A DNA stretch of 64,000 nt, taken from contig CBDBDR010000017.1 of NCBI GenBank assembly GCA_965203965.1, positions 1,056,001 through 1,120,000 of the forward strand, read 5' to 3'. Of this stretch, positions 27,790-37,456 are shown one piece after another. Below the pieces are notes generated by a model. The model worked only from the letters and a program-made list of their open reading frames with translations, was not told the origin of the DNA and did no database searches. The first letter of the stretch is position 1, and every line of letters starts with the position of its first letter. The translations under genes and the position numbers were made by a program. This DNA comes from Thermodesulfobacteriota bacterium. GTDB lineage: Bacteria; Desulfobacterota_D; UBA1144; Nemesobacterales; JAJCZQ01.

Positions 27790-27839
27790 AGCTCGCTCTC
27801 AACTGCCCTGCTGGCAAGGGTTTGAGGCTCCTCAGTAAA

Positions 27840-28169
27840 TCAGAAAAGAGTGATTTGCTGAGGAGTCCATTCCAATTCCTTTCGTTTTTTTCCATAAAAA
27901 ACCTGCATTCGTCCAAACTGTTTGTCTGTAATTGTGATAACTCGCACTTCCCCATCAGGAGGAAGCGACTCTCTCACTCGCCCTGTATGAACATAAGAAT
28001 TTTCTTCACTGGAACAGTGGCGAGCATATACGGAAAACTGCATCATTACAAATCCATCTTCCATGATCCGCTTTCTAAATTTTGTATACTCCCTCCGAGC
28101 CTTTTTTGTGTCCGTCGGAAGGTCAAACATCACAATTACCCACACGGTTCTGTATCCTCCGAAAGCCAC
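27840..28169 (-). CDS. cas2: CRISPR-associated endoribonuclease Cas2
   Basis: WVIVMFDLPT, GFVMMQFSVYAR, ITDKQF. Confidence 0.96.
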   Translation of the reverse strand: MAFGGYRTVWVIVMFDLPTDTKKARREYTKFRKRIMEDGFVMMQFSVYARHCSSEENSYVHTGRVRESLPPDGEVRVITITDKQFGRMQVFYGKKRKELEWTPQQITLF

Positions 28170-28172
28170 TTT

Positions 28173-29081
28173 TTACACCTCAATTCTCATCTGTCTGTTA
28201 TCAATCAACTCTGCTATCTTCAAATGGTCAGTTCCTTCCACAAACGATTTCTTCAGACTTGCCGCTGTATATTGGTTTGCAACCATCATCGGCAATTTTT
28301 TTCCCTCAAACAAAACATTCTCTGACAAAATAGAAAGTAATGAGACTTTAGTTGCTTTATCAAGTTCCATTTTACCTTTCTCATACAATTCATACACCCT
28401 CCTGTCAACAAGTGGACGCAACGGTTCCATGAGATCATCAGCAAGACACATGGGATTATATTGATTGTGATGATGAATACCAAGAGCAGGATGAAGTCCA
28501 GTTCCGCACAAAGAGCGAGCAACTGAAGCTCTGATCAAACTGTAACCATAGTTGAGCAGTGAATTAATTCCACCTTTTCTATAATCCCTACCAAATCCTT
28601 TTCCAAATAGTATTGACCAATATATTTTTGCCGCCTGAGCTTCAATGTTTGTAGTGTCACCACTTTGCACTCTTTTTTTGAGTTTAGGAAGGAAGGCAAG
28701 GTCTTTCTTAAAAAAAAGTAGAGTCCTAATTTGCGATTCTATTTTAACGATCACGATTTTCTGCCAAAGTCGTTTTTTCAGAGGCTTTTTGACACCTGTC
28801 TGTATATTAAGAACTTTGCTGTGGATTGAATTGCCAGAAAGTGGTAAAAGAACTGAAACTGGGAGATGTTTTTGGTCACAGAATACTATTATGCAGTTGT
28901 TCTCTTGACATGAAGCTATAAGACTTTGGGAGATTGTTATTAGCGGGTTTGCAAGTATCAAAATTCCCATGTCCTCTATAGGAATGCTGTTGTCATTTTC
29001 ACCTTCTCGTTTAACGATCATCTGGGAGTTTCGCAGATGAAGGTGTACAGGATTGCTAACCTCAATGATCCGTTTTATCAT
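28173..29081 (-). CDS. cas1: type II CRISPR-associated integrase Cas1
   Basis: IPIEDM, EAQAAKIYW, NSLLNYGY, GIHH, LADDLMEPLRP. Confidence 0.97.
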   Translation of the reverse strand: MIKRIIEVSNPVHLHLRNSQMIVKREGENDNSIPIEDMGILILANPLITISQSLIASCQENNCIIVFCDQKHLPVSVLLPLSGNSIHSKVLNIQTGVKKPLKKRLWQKIVIVKIESQIRTLLFFKKDLAFLPKLKKRVQSGDTTNIEAQAAKIYWSILFGKGFGRDYRKGGINSLLNYGYSLIRASVARSLCGTGLHPALGIHHHNQYNPMCLADDLMEPLRPLVDRRVYELYEKGKMELDKATKVSLLSILSENVLFEGKKLPMMVANQYTAASLKKSFVEGTDHLKIAELIDNRQMRIEV

Positions 29082-29096
29082 TGTGTGCTGTATTGA

Positions 29097-32000
29097 TTAT
29101 TCCAAGGCAATTGAGTCTTCGGGTAGAAAACCTAAATTGCCAGGATATACTTTCCGACAGTCTATATTTTTCAATGACTGAATTCTGAACCGACCCCAAT
29201 TAGAGTCAGTACTAGAAACGCTATGATGGCGTAAAAACAAATCAATGGATCTATTGTTTTGGCTTGATATTTTTTGTACTCTAAAATAAGGGTTTTGTTT
29301 GTGTTCAGAGCAAAGACCTGGATTTTCTTCCAGCGCTTTGTTGTCTTGCCATTCCACCATGTCATTAACACACAAATCCAATTCGTAGTGCCATTCGCCT
29401 TCCCATTCTGCAGGAGGTTTTTTAACAATTATTGGAACTTTTTTACTTGCGCGTTTCGCAGCTTCTAGCATTGTAACTATTTCTACACGTCTTTCTCTTT
29501 CTTTGCCTGACTCTCCATTATGAAACAGTACCAAATGATGGTTGCTACGCGGTTCTACGTAACTATTTCCTACCTTTACATAAGAATCTGTCATTACCTT
29601 TGCAATACTTACACGTTTGATGGGTTTGGAAGGCTTGCCTTTTTTGTTAAGCGTACAAGGTTGTTGTTTTTTGAGATATGCTTCAATATCCTTTTCATTT
29701 TTTCCAATTAGGTTGTTTGTATTCAACCATTGGTAAAGTGCTTTATGAATGGATTTTTCAGCAATCCATGTTTTTGTGCCCGGAATCCAATCCTTTGTTA
29801 TTTCGGATAATAACTTTTTGTCCAGTTCTTTGCGGAAAACCATACAGGGAGTTTTATAGGAGAATTGCTTGATTTCCTTTCCCTTCCATTGAGGCAGTCC
29901 GCGTTCCGATAATTCCAGTTTTTTTTCTTCTTGTGACCATTTAAGCAAAATTGAACGAAGGTCTTCGTTGACAATCCAGTCTTTGTTGTCTTTCTCGCTG
30001 TTCTTTGCAATGAATTCCACTTTATCTAAAATGCTTTTTTTCATGTTTTCTAATTTGAGAGTCTGAGAAAAATGTGATTTGCCGTATAGTGTTTCTTTAT
30101 GTAGGGAACCCCATACTTTCCGTTTTGCCATATGAGATACGACAGTGGATTGAAGTTTGTTCTTTATCTGCCCATGTAGATTTTCACTGTCTTGCCAACT
30201 CTTCGGCAATGCAAGGTGATTTTCTTTCATCCATTCCTCTTTTGTTTTATTGCGGGATGAGGTTGTTTTATTTTCTTGCTTTTTCTTATGTGCTTCTATC
30301 ATTGCTTTAAGCATGGAACGATCCGTTATAGCCACAACAAAAGCGTCTATTGCATGGTGAAAATGATCCCTACGATTTTTCTCAGCTTTTTTAGCATCGT
30401 ATTGAAGAATTTCTCCCGTTTCCGACTCTTTATAGGAACTAGAATCAGGGATTCTGGGTAGTACACCGTTCAATCTTAGCTGTCTTCGCAAATCTGCTGT
30501 TGCTGCACCATTATTCACATCAATGGGAACCCCGTATTTTTCCAGCATCTTTTTTGTGGATGTGGCAATGTAGCGTGTGTCGTTAAGATGTCGTTCAAAA
30601 AAATCATTCTCACTTTCGGGACTGTGATTTTTTTTGAGGATATTTTGTTGCTTACGGAATAATTTACTCTTTTTAGGGTAGTGTTTTTCGGCAAATTTTT
30701 CTATACGTTTCCAACGTCCTTCATTACTTCCCCATGTTTCATATGGAGTTTTTTTACCTTTTTCATCATTACAAGTCCGACAACTTACTACGGTGTTCAT
30801 ATAGTTTTGCCTGAAGCCTGTGTAAGGAAGAATGTGTTCTATCTCCGATTCACCGGAAAATAATTCGCGAATCGCAATGCACTTAGGACAGTAAGGACAA
30901 TTGTTGCTTTGTTCATACTTCCACATCTTGAATTTGTTCCTGTCAGCAAGACTGACACGGCGAACTCCCAAATGTAGAGTTTCCAAATTCAAGTTCGGTT
31001 CTTTTACATTGTAGTATTTCAGTATTTCTTCTTCTGCTTCCTGATTTTGTTTACGGTTTTCTCTTTGTTCTTTTTCTATACTGGCACGGTGGGTCTTGGA
31101 AGACTTCATCTCTCTTGCCATTTCCATACGAATAATTACAGGTTTTCCATAACGCTTCACGATAGAGTTGGTTACACGGCGCATTTCATATAATGCTTTT
31201 TGGACAATCGGATTAGCAATATTGGGAACGTCTTTAAAGTCCAGAAGGAAATCGTCTCCAGTTTTTTTGATGGTCTTTGTTATACTTCCAACTTGGTCTA
31301 CTTCCTTCACCGCATTGTAGTAGTCCAACCCCTTATGTAAATATGGTAGAAGGTTTTTAATTGCCTTGAGAGAGTGTTTTCCATATCCACTTTCAAGTTT
31401 TTCATTCATTGCAAGTCCCAAGGCATCTTTTTCAATTTTCTTCCCTTCTTTATACGAAGCAAATTTCCAGTGATTGACCAACCTGTTATACAATGCTTTC
31501 TTATCGTGAATTGTAAGCAAATCTTCTATCAAAAGAGAGGCGTGTGTAACGATCTCTCCGCTCTTTTTTGTTTTTTCTCTTTTGCTCAATTTTTCCCAAT
31601 TTTCAATGCCTATAGTTTCGCTTACCGCTTTTGCTGTTCTGTTTCCTATCAATCCTTCTCCCTGATTGTCATTTTCACTGTCTTTGTTGTAGTTGATTTC
31701 TTTCTTCTCTATTTTTAATTTTGCTGCAACCTTTTCCCACTTAATACGTCCATATTTATCTAGCTCATCAGGGTTGTTTGCCAAATCCAGAAGTTTTTTG
31801 CGTTGTGATTTGTCAAGAGGAGTGTTATCAATCTTGATATTGTTTATCATTTGCAAAGTGCGAAATTCCTGAAATTCCAGCAATGCCATTGCAGAGCGCT
31901 TTCTTTGCGGATAGATATTGCATTTGCCAACCTTGTTTTTCTGAAGTTGTAAAGGACGCTGGTGGAAAATCTTACTTTCTATCTCTTTTGCTGTTTTGTC

Positions 32001-32879
32001 ATTCAGTTTGTGAAATTCGTTTTGTTTTTCCCATATCTTTCGAAACTCCAATTGATGCATTTCGCGTTTAGCACGAAACTTCAATTTATCAATAACGATT
32101 TCATCTCCACGTTTTTTGCTTTTGTCAAACTCAAAAAGCGTTATACGTTGGGGTGGTATAAGTGAATTTTTTGATTCTTGCCAAATAAACTTTCCGACAG
32201 TGCGACCATCAAGTTTTTTACATAACTCCCCGATTGCTTCAAGAACGGGGCGTGTTTCTCTCTTTTGTTCCTTGTCCATTGAATCCAAATCGTCTCGTGG
32301 AGTTTCTACATTCAAAGATTCGATGAGTTTTATATACTTTGCGCCGCGATTGCTAAAATAGCCTCGTCTGCGTTGCAAGTGAAGTATCAAGCGGCCGAAC
32401 TCATGAGGTTCCAGTTTTTCCTCAAGTGCGAAGTTGCGTATTGCATATACGGAACGATAAAATTTTTCTTTATCATTCCATTTGTTCGACCATTTTTTCC
32501 CAATTTTTCGTTCCGCAAATTTGAGGTCAATATCATTAAGTGTTCTTTCTGGGCTTCGTTTGTAGTCGTTAGGCAATAAGCCCCCTTTAATTAACAAATT
32601 TATGAGTTCATTGCGCCGTTGTTTGTAATATGTTCTGCGATTGCGATTTCCACGTTCTGACCGTCTTTTTTGGTTTTTGGGGACCTTTTTTTCTCTATCT
32701 ATCATCTCCTCAAAAATGCGGGAATTGAGGGCGACAAGGGATGTTGGTTCATATCCACTAAAGACTTCTTTTCCTTTTTTTTTGCAAGAGACTATAGCCC
32801 AACCTATGGAGTTTATGCCTATGTCCAAGCCAAGAATGTAAGGAGATTTGTTTGTTTCTTCGTTTGCCACTAATTTCAC
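29097..32879 (-). CDS. cas9: type II-C Cas9 nuclease (1260 aa; start may be GTG 32870)
   Basis: RuvC-I LGLDIGINSIGWA, Arg-rich bridge helix, RuvC-II IRMEMARE, HNH EIEHILP...CNDEKG, RuvC-III RRDHFHHAIDA; no csn2 or cas4. Confidence 0.97.
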   Translation of the reverse strand: MKLVANEETNKSPYILGLDIGINSIGWAIVSCKKKGKEVFSGYEPTSLVALNSRIFEEMIDREKKVPKNQKRRSERGNRNRRTYYKQRRNELINLLIKGGLLPNDYKRSPERTLNDIDLKFAERKIGKKWSNKWNDKEKFYRSVYAIRNFALEEKLEPHEFGRLILHLQRRRGYFSNRGAKYIKLIESLNVETPRDDLDSMDKEQKRETRPVLEAIGELCKKLDGRTVGKFIWQESKNSLIPPQRITLFEFDKSKKRGDEIVIDKLKFRAKREMHQLEFRKIWEKQNEFHKLNDKTAKEIESKIFHQRPLQLQKNKVGKCNIYPQRKRSAMALLEFQEFRTLQMINNIKIDNTPLDKSQRKKLLDLANNPDELDKYGRIKWEKVAAKLKIEKKEINYNKDSENDNQGEGLIGNRTAKAVSETIGIENWEKLSKREKTKKSGEIVTHASLLIEDLLTIHDKKALYNRLVNHWKFASYKEGKKIEKDALGLAMNEKLESGYGKHSLKAIKNLLPYLHKGLDYYNAVKEVDQVGSITKTIKKTGDDFLLDFKDVPNIANPIVQKALYEMRRVTNSIVKRYGKPVIIRMEMAREMKSSKTHRASIEKEQRENRKQNQEAEEEILKYYNVKEPNLNLETLHLGVRRVSLADRNKFKMWKYEQSNNCPYCPKCIAIRELFSGESEIEHILPYTGFRQNYMNTVVSCRTCNDEKGKKTPYETWGSNEGRWKRIEKFAEKHYPKKSKLFRKQQNILKKNHSPESENDFFERHLNDTRYIATSTKKMLEKYGVPIDVNNGAATADLRRQLRLNGVLPRIPDSSSYKESETGEILQYDAKKAEKNRRDHFHHAIDAFVVAITDRSMLKAMIEAHKKKQENKTTSSRNKTKEEWMKENHLALPKSWQDSENLHGQIKNKLQSTVVSHMAKRKVWGSLHKETLYGKSHFSQTLKLENMKKSILDKVEFIAKNSEKDNKDWIVNEDLRSILLKWSQEEKKLELSERGLPQWKGKEIKQFSYKTPCMVFRKELDKKLLSEITKDWIPGTKTWIAEKSIHKALYQWLNTNNLIGKNEKDIEAYLKKQQPCTLNKKGKPSKPIKRVSIAKVMTDSYVKVGNSYVEPRSNHHLVLFHNGESGKERERRVEIVTMLEAAKRASKKVPIIVKKPPAEWEGEWHYELDLCVNDMVEWQDNKALEENPGLCSEHKQNPYFRVQKISSQNNRSIDLFLRHHSVSSTDSNWGRFRIQSLKNIDCRKVYPGNLGFLPEDSIALE

Positions 32880-32936
32880 TCCAACCTTTTAATTATTCCA
32901 CAAATTTGTTCTGATATACAAATTCAAGACTAAATG

Positions 32937-32964
32937 TTGACAACCTCGTATTCTTTGCTATTAT
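32937..32964 (+). promoter_or_regulatory. tracrRNA promoter
   Basis: TTGACA-16 nt-TATTAT with extended TGn. Confidence 0.7.
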
Positions 32965-32970
32965 AGAAAG

Positions 32971-33090
32971 CATAAAGTCTATTGTAACTGACTGAAACCT
33001 GCCCAACATTTCAATTCATAAAAAGAACTAATGTTCAGCAGGCTCTCCCTTCGGGGACCTTTATCGCCTCCCTTGTGGGGGCGATTTTTT
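32971..33090 (+). ncRNA. tracrRNA
   Basis: Anti-repeat ATTGTAACTGACTGAAACCTGCCC (32981-33004, perfect 24 nt), 6-nt bulge, then TCAATTCATAA; followed by hairpins and a U-tract. Confidence 0.92.
33063..33090 (+). terminator. intrinsic terminator of tracrRNA
   Basis: ATCGCCTCC/GGGGGCGAT stem followed by TTTTT. Confidence 0.8.
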
Positions 33091-33135
33091 ATGCCCGAAA
33101 TCATTCACCCTACAATCCCCTGACAATGTTATCAT

Positions 33136-33164
33136 TTGACTTGACAACGATAATGTCATACAAT
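33136..33164 (+). promoter_or_regulatory. sigma70 promoter with palindromic operator in its spacer
   Basis: TTGACT-17 nt-TACAAT; the spacer is TGACA-N7-TGTCA. Confidence 0.6.
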
Positions 33165-33280
33165 CTTTACATACTCAACTATGAGCAGTTCTGAACCACA
33201 TAAGCGTAGTTTGAGATCTAACTTCCATTTGCAACCCGCACTTGCTAACTGTTTTTCCATAGTATTCAGGGATAGTTTTA

Positions 33281-34282
33281 ATGTTTAATGAGATTGACTT
33301 TGTTAAAACCCTGAAAGAGAAGTTTAAAACTGTCCCTGAAGAGGTTTTCCTTGGTATAGGCGATGACTGTGCAGCTATAAGGGTCGCAGAAAACAAACTA
33401 CTGCTCATATCCACTGATTCATTGGTTGAAGACGTTCATTTTTCCACGTCTTATTTCAATCCAAGCGAAATTGCTGAAAAATCTATAGCTGTTTCAATAA
33501 GCGATATTGCCTCAATGGGTGGAGAGCCCAAGTTCATACTTTCCACAATAGGTTTCCCAAAATGCTTAAAACCATCTTTGACTTTGAACAAAAATCAGAC
33601 GCTTATGGATGGTTTATTGCACGGAATTACAAACTCCTGCGACCTTTACAACGTAAAACTGATCGGTGGAAACGTTACAACCAGTGAAAAGCTATTTTTG
33701 GATATAACGGTTCTCGGAGAGGTGGAAGAGTGCAAAATTATCAGAAGAAGCGGCGCCAAGGTAGGAGATCTGGTTTTTGTGACCGGCACACTTGGAGATT
33801 CATCTTTAGGATTAAAACTGCTCAAACACGGAGATGGGTTTGAAAGTGAAAGTATAGCGAGTGCACACAAAGCACCCAAGCCAAGAATAGAGATTGGCAG
33901 AAAGCTTTCCGAGTTGGACTTGGCAAGCTCTATGATTGACGTAAGCGACGGACTGCTGATTGACCTTGAAAGAATAACAACCTGCCAGGGCGTGGGAGCA
34001 GAGATCTACGTGCAAAAAATCCCTTTATCCGATAACTACGTGAAATTGATCTCAAGATTTGAAGATGACATTTTCAAACTATCACTTACTGGTGGGGAAG
34101 ATTATGAGCTTTTATTCACTTCACCAAAAGAATGCAAAGATGAAGTAAAAAGGCTTTCAACGTCGGCTGGCATAAATATCTCAGAGATTGGATCTGTAAC
34201 AAACGAAAAGAGCGTAAAAGTTACAGACAATGAAGGAAATGCCATAAGCTACGAAAAAGGAGGTTTTATACACATCAACTAA
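33281..34282 (+). CDS. thiL: thiamine-monophosphate kinase
   Basis: GIGDDCA, SDIASMGG, IDVSDGL, GGEDYELLFT. Confidence 0.95.
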   Translation: MFNEIDFVKTLKEKFKTVPEEVFLGIGDDCAAIRVAENKLLLISTDSLVEDVHFSTSYFNPSEIAEKSIAVSISDIASMGGEPKFILSTIGFPKCLKPSLTLNKNQTLMDGLLHGITNSCDLYNVKLIGGNVTTSEKLFLDITVLGEVEECKIIRRSGAKVGDLVFVTGTLGDSSLGLKLLKHGDGFESESIASAHKAPKPRIEIGRKLSELDLASSMIDVSDGLLIDLERITTCQGVGAEIYVQKIPLSDNYVKLISRFEDDIFKLSLTGGEDYELLFTSPKECKDEVKRLSTSAGINISEIGSVTNEKSVKVTDNEGNAISYEKGGFIHIN

Positions 34283-34285
34283 TTC

Positions 34286-35638
34286 ATGGAAACAGCTTTT
34301 ATATACAACTTGATCCTTATAATCTTGCTTTTGCTTGGCTCTGCTTTTTTCTGTTTTGCGGAAGGTTCACTGTTCTCTTTAAGCAGGCATCAGAAACAAA
34401 GTCTGTTTAAGGAAAACACAAGAACCAGCAGGGTTATAAAAAAACTGCTCAGCAGCCCTTTTAAACTCATAGTCACCATTCTTTTAGCGGACGAGGTCGT
34501 CAATGTGGCATTTTCAAGCATTGTTGGTCTTACCGTGCATAGCTTGATGACAGACTCTTCGGAAAAGATGATCACCATTATCTCAATAGCTATTGCTTCT
34601 CCCACACTATTGCTCGTGGGTGAGATAGGTCCAAAAACCATAGCCGTGAAGTTCCCCCGTGCAATAGCAAAAGCGGTTGCCTATCCCTTGCATATCTTTC
34701 ACACACTTATTACACCCGTAAGGTGGGTCATAACGGTTTTATCCATAGGTTTTACGAAACTTTTGGGAGGTAAGATCGAGTATAAGGAACACGGCGGATT
34801 TTCAACGGACGAGCTGAAAATACTGCTCGGAATAAGCAATGAAGAAGGTTTGCTAAATGAAGTTGAAAACAATCTCGTCAGCAGCTTCTACAAGCTGGAA
34901 AGATTGCCCGTTTATAAAATAATGACCCCAAACATTGACTGCTTTATGCTCTCTGCCGGAAGAACCGTCAGGGAGGCAGTATATGAAATAAAAAAAAGGG
35001 GATATTCAAGAACACCCGTATATAAGGATGAGACTGACAACGTCATAGGAATTCTGTTCAGTAAAGATCTGGTAACTTCAAATGCACTTATTGTCAACAA
35101 CGGGAACAACCCAGTGGAAGAATATTTGAAGAAACCTTATTTCATTCCAAGAACTAAAATGGCACTTGAACTACTGAGAGAATTTCAAGGAAATCGCATA
35201 CACATGGCTATCGTTGTGGACGAATACGGGCGAGTGGATGGACTTGTTACAATGGAGAATATACTGGAAGAACTGTTTGGAAAAATTGATGATGAAACCC
35301 AGCTTGACGTCAACCCAAAAGTCCAAATATCGGACTATGGATTAACCGCTGTGGGAACTATGAAGATAGAAAATTTTAATGAAAATTACCTGTTTACAGT
35401 CGCAAGACTGGGTGGAATTGAAAACCTGTATGAAAATCTACAAAACTCAATACTGCCCGTTGAGGAAGAACATGAAACTTTGGGGGGATTCATCTTTGAT
35501 CTTTTCGGAAGGTTCCCTATTGAGGGCGAGAGCATTAATTACGGGAGTCTCCGATTTACCATAATGAAAATATACAAAAAAAGAATAGAAGAGATAAAAG
35601 TAGAACTTACAGAAAAGGAGATAACCAATGTCGCTTGA
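34286..35638 (+). CDS. CNNM/hemolysin family protein (DUF21-CBS-CorC)
   Basis: [30 protein letters not shown]. Confidence 0.9.
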   Translation: METAFIYNLILIILLLLGSAFFCFAEGSLFSLSRHQKQSLFKENTRTSRVIKKLLSSPFKLIVTILLADEVVNVAFSSIVGLTVHSLMTDSSEKMITIISIAIASPTLLLVGEIGPKTIAVKFPRAIAKAVAYPLHIFHTLITPVRWVITVLSIGFTKLLGGKIEYKEHGGFSTDELKILLGISNEEGLLNEVENNLVSSFYKLERLPVYKIMTPNIDCFMLSAGRTVREAVYEIKKRGYSRTPVYKDETDNVIGILFSKDLVTSNALIVNNGNNPVEEYLKKPYFIPRTKMALELLREFQGNRIHMAIVVDEYGRVDGLVTMENILEELFGKIDDETQLDVNPKVQISDYGLTAVGTMKIENFNENYLFTVARLGGIENLYENLQNSILPVEEEHETLGGFIFDLFGRFPIEGESINYGSLRFTIMKIYKKRIEEIKVELTEKEITNVA

Positions 35639-36851
35639 ATTGGTAATAATTTCCATCGCGGGACTTATACTATTGCAGGCGTTTTTTGCTGGCTCCGAAA
35701 TTGCACTTATTTCCTGTGATAAGATAAAGATGAGATCACTGGAGGAGAGTGGTTCAAAAAGTGCAAGTCTTGTGCTAAGAGCCTACAATGAAGTTGATAA
35801 ATTTCTTGGCACTTCCCTTATTGGTATCAATCTCGCATTAATCACAGCAACTCTGCTGCTCACTTTTTATATTAAAAGCAATTACGGCAAAGGTAGTGAG
35901 TTTTACACCGCATTGATCCTGTCACCAATAATTGTGATTTTTGGTCAAGTTGTTCCAAAATCTATTTTTCAGAGTAACAGCAACAAGATGATCCTCTGGG
36001 TAATCTACCCACTATGGATAGCCTCAAAGATACTTTTTCCAGTTCTTATAGTGGTAAGAATATTTACCAAATCCATCTTAAAAATAATTGGAAAGCAGGA
36101 TTCAAGCATCACACGGGATGAGCTTATAGACGTGATTGAAGGGGACAAGAAAAAACCTGTTACTGATTTTCGCATACGCGTTCTGAAAAGGATATTCGGG
36201 TTTTCAGAAACGACTGTTGATGAAATTATGATCCCACTTGTTAATCTTGATGCAATTGACCATAAAGCAACTGTTGAAGATGCAGCCAGATTGATAAAAG
36301 ATACTGGTCATACAAGAATTCCGGTTTACGATGAAAGAATTGATAATATAACGGGATTACTACATTCATTTTATCTGCTGGGAGACGTGGATATGGCAGA
36401 CCCTGTGAAAAAATACGCACTCAAACCGTTTTACGTTCCCGAGTCAAAACCCGTTAGCAACCTGCTTGATGAAATGAAACAGGGAAGAGCGGGAATGGCA
36501 ATAGTGGTTGATGAATACGGCGGCGCCGTTGGTGCAATCACACTTGAAGATATATTGGAAGAAGTTGTCGGTGAAATTGAAGATGAACATGATATGAGAA
36601 TAAAGCTATGGAGAAAAACGGGAGACAATAGCTACCTTGTAAACCCGGTCATAGAGATCGATAAAATCAACGATGATATTGGTCTTGGAATACCCAAAGG
36701 CGAGGACTATGACACGCTTGGAGGTTTTTTACTCTATAGATATGGATCTTTTCCGAAGGTTGGTGAAAAAATAACTTTCAAGAACTTGACCTTTGAGATA
36801 AGCAAAGCCACCCTCAGATCAATAGAGGAAGTAAAACTTACAGTAAAGTAA
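35628..36851 (+). CDS. CNNM/hemolysin family protein (DUF21-CBS-CorC), second paralog
   Basis: [40 protein letters not shown]. Confidence 0.92.
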   Translation: MSLELVIISIAGLILLQAFFAGSEIALISCDKIKMRSLEESGSKSASLVLRAYNEVDKFLGTSLIGINLALITATLLLTFYIKSNYGKGSEFYTALILSPIIVIFGQVVPKSIFQSNSNKMILWVIYPLWIASKILFPVLIVVRIFTKSILKIIGKQDSSITRDELIDVIEGDKKKPVTDFRIRVLKRIFGFSETTVDEIMIPLVNLDAIDHKATVEDAARLIKDTGHTRIPVYDERIDNITGLLHSFYLLGDVDMADPVKKYALKPFYVPESKPVSNLLDEMKQGRAGMAIVVDEYGGAVGAITLEDILEEVVGEIEDEHDMRIKLWRKTGDNSYLVNPVIEIDKINDDIGLGIPKGEDYDTLGGFLLYRYGSFPKVGEKITFKNLTFEISKATLRSIEEVKLTVK

Positions 36852-36864
36852 GGCAATAATTCCA

Positions 36865-37449
36865 TTATACTTTTAAGTGTTTCTTAATTATTGCTTCATA
36901 CGTCTCCGTTGACTGTGCTCCATGCACCCTGAATCCATTGAAGTAAACTGTCGGCACGCCTGTCACCATATTCTCTGCCGCCGATCTTTTGTTGCTATCC
37001 ACCCGGTCTCTCATAGCTCCCGATCTGAGTTTTTCCTCAAGTTCTTCAGTATTCAAATTGACTTTTTCACCAATTTCTAACACAACGTCCAACTGCCCAA
37101 TATTTTCCCCTTTCATAAAATAATAGTCGTATGCCTTATTGTGAAACTGTATGAAACTGCCTTTGCTTTCAGCATACTCAGATGCTTCAAGGCAAAGAGT
37201 GGAGTTCGTTATAAAACCCGGAAGGTTTATTTTTACCCCATCCTCCATGGCAACCTCACAAAGATACTGGGCAAGTTGTTCCGTCTTGATGGTCTTTTTT
37301 ATTTTTCTACCCTCAGAACTAAGTCCGGGATGGATTTCAATACCTTTCCAGTCAATTTTAAGATCCAGTTCATCCGGCAATCTTTGAAGCCTTCGTGATG
37401 CCACACAACAAAAAGGACACGTATAATCGTAATAAAAAACGGTTGCCAT
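36865..37449 (-). CDS. DsbA/FrnE family oxidoreductase
   Basis: YDYTCPFC and VTGVPT (cis-Pro) motifs. Confidence 0.85.
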   Translation of the reverse strand: MATVFYYDYTCPFCCVASRRLQRLPDELDLKIDWKGIEIHPGLSSEGRKIKKTIKTEQLAQYLCEVAMEDGVKINLPGFITNSTLCLEASEYAESKGSFIQFHNKAYDYYFMKGENIGQLDVVLEIGEKVNLNTEELEEKLRSGAMRDRVDSNKRSAAENMVTGVPTVYFNGFRVHGAQSTETYEAIIKKHLKV

Positions 37450-37456
37450 ATTAATA

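Noticed and set aside
29082..29096. Accessory gene (csn2, cas4 or pro-CRISPR factor) within the cas operon
   Set aside because: Only 15 nt separate cas9 and cas1, and 3 nt separate cas1 and cas2; there is no room.
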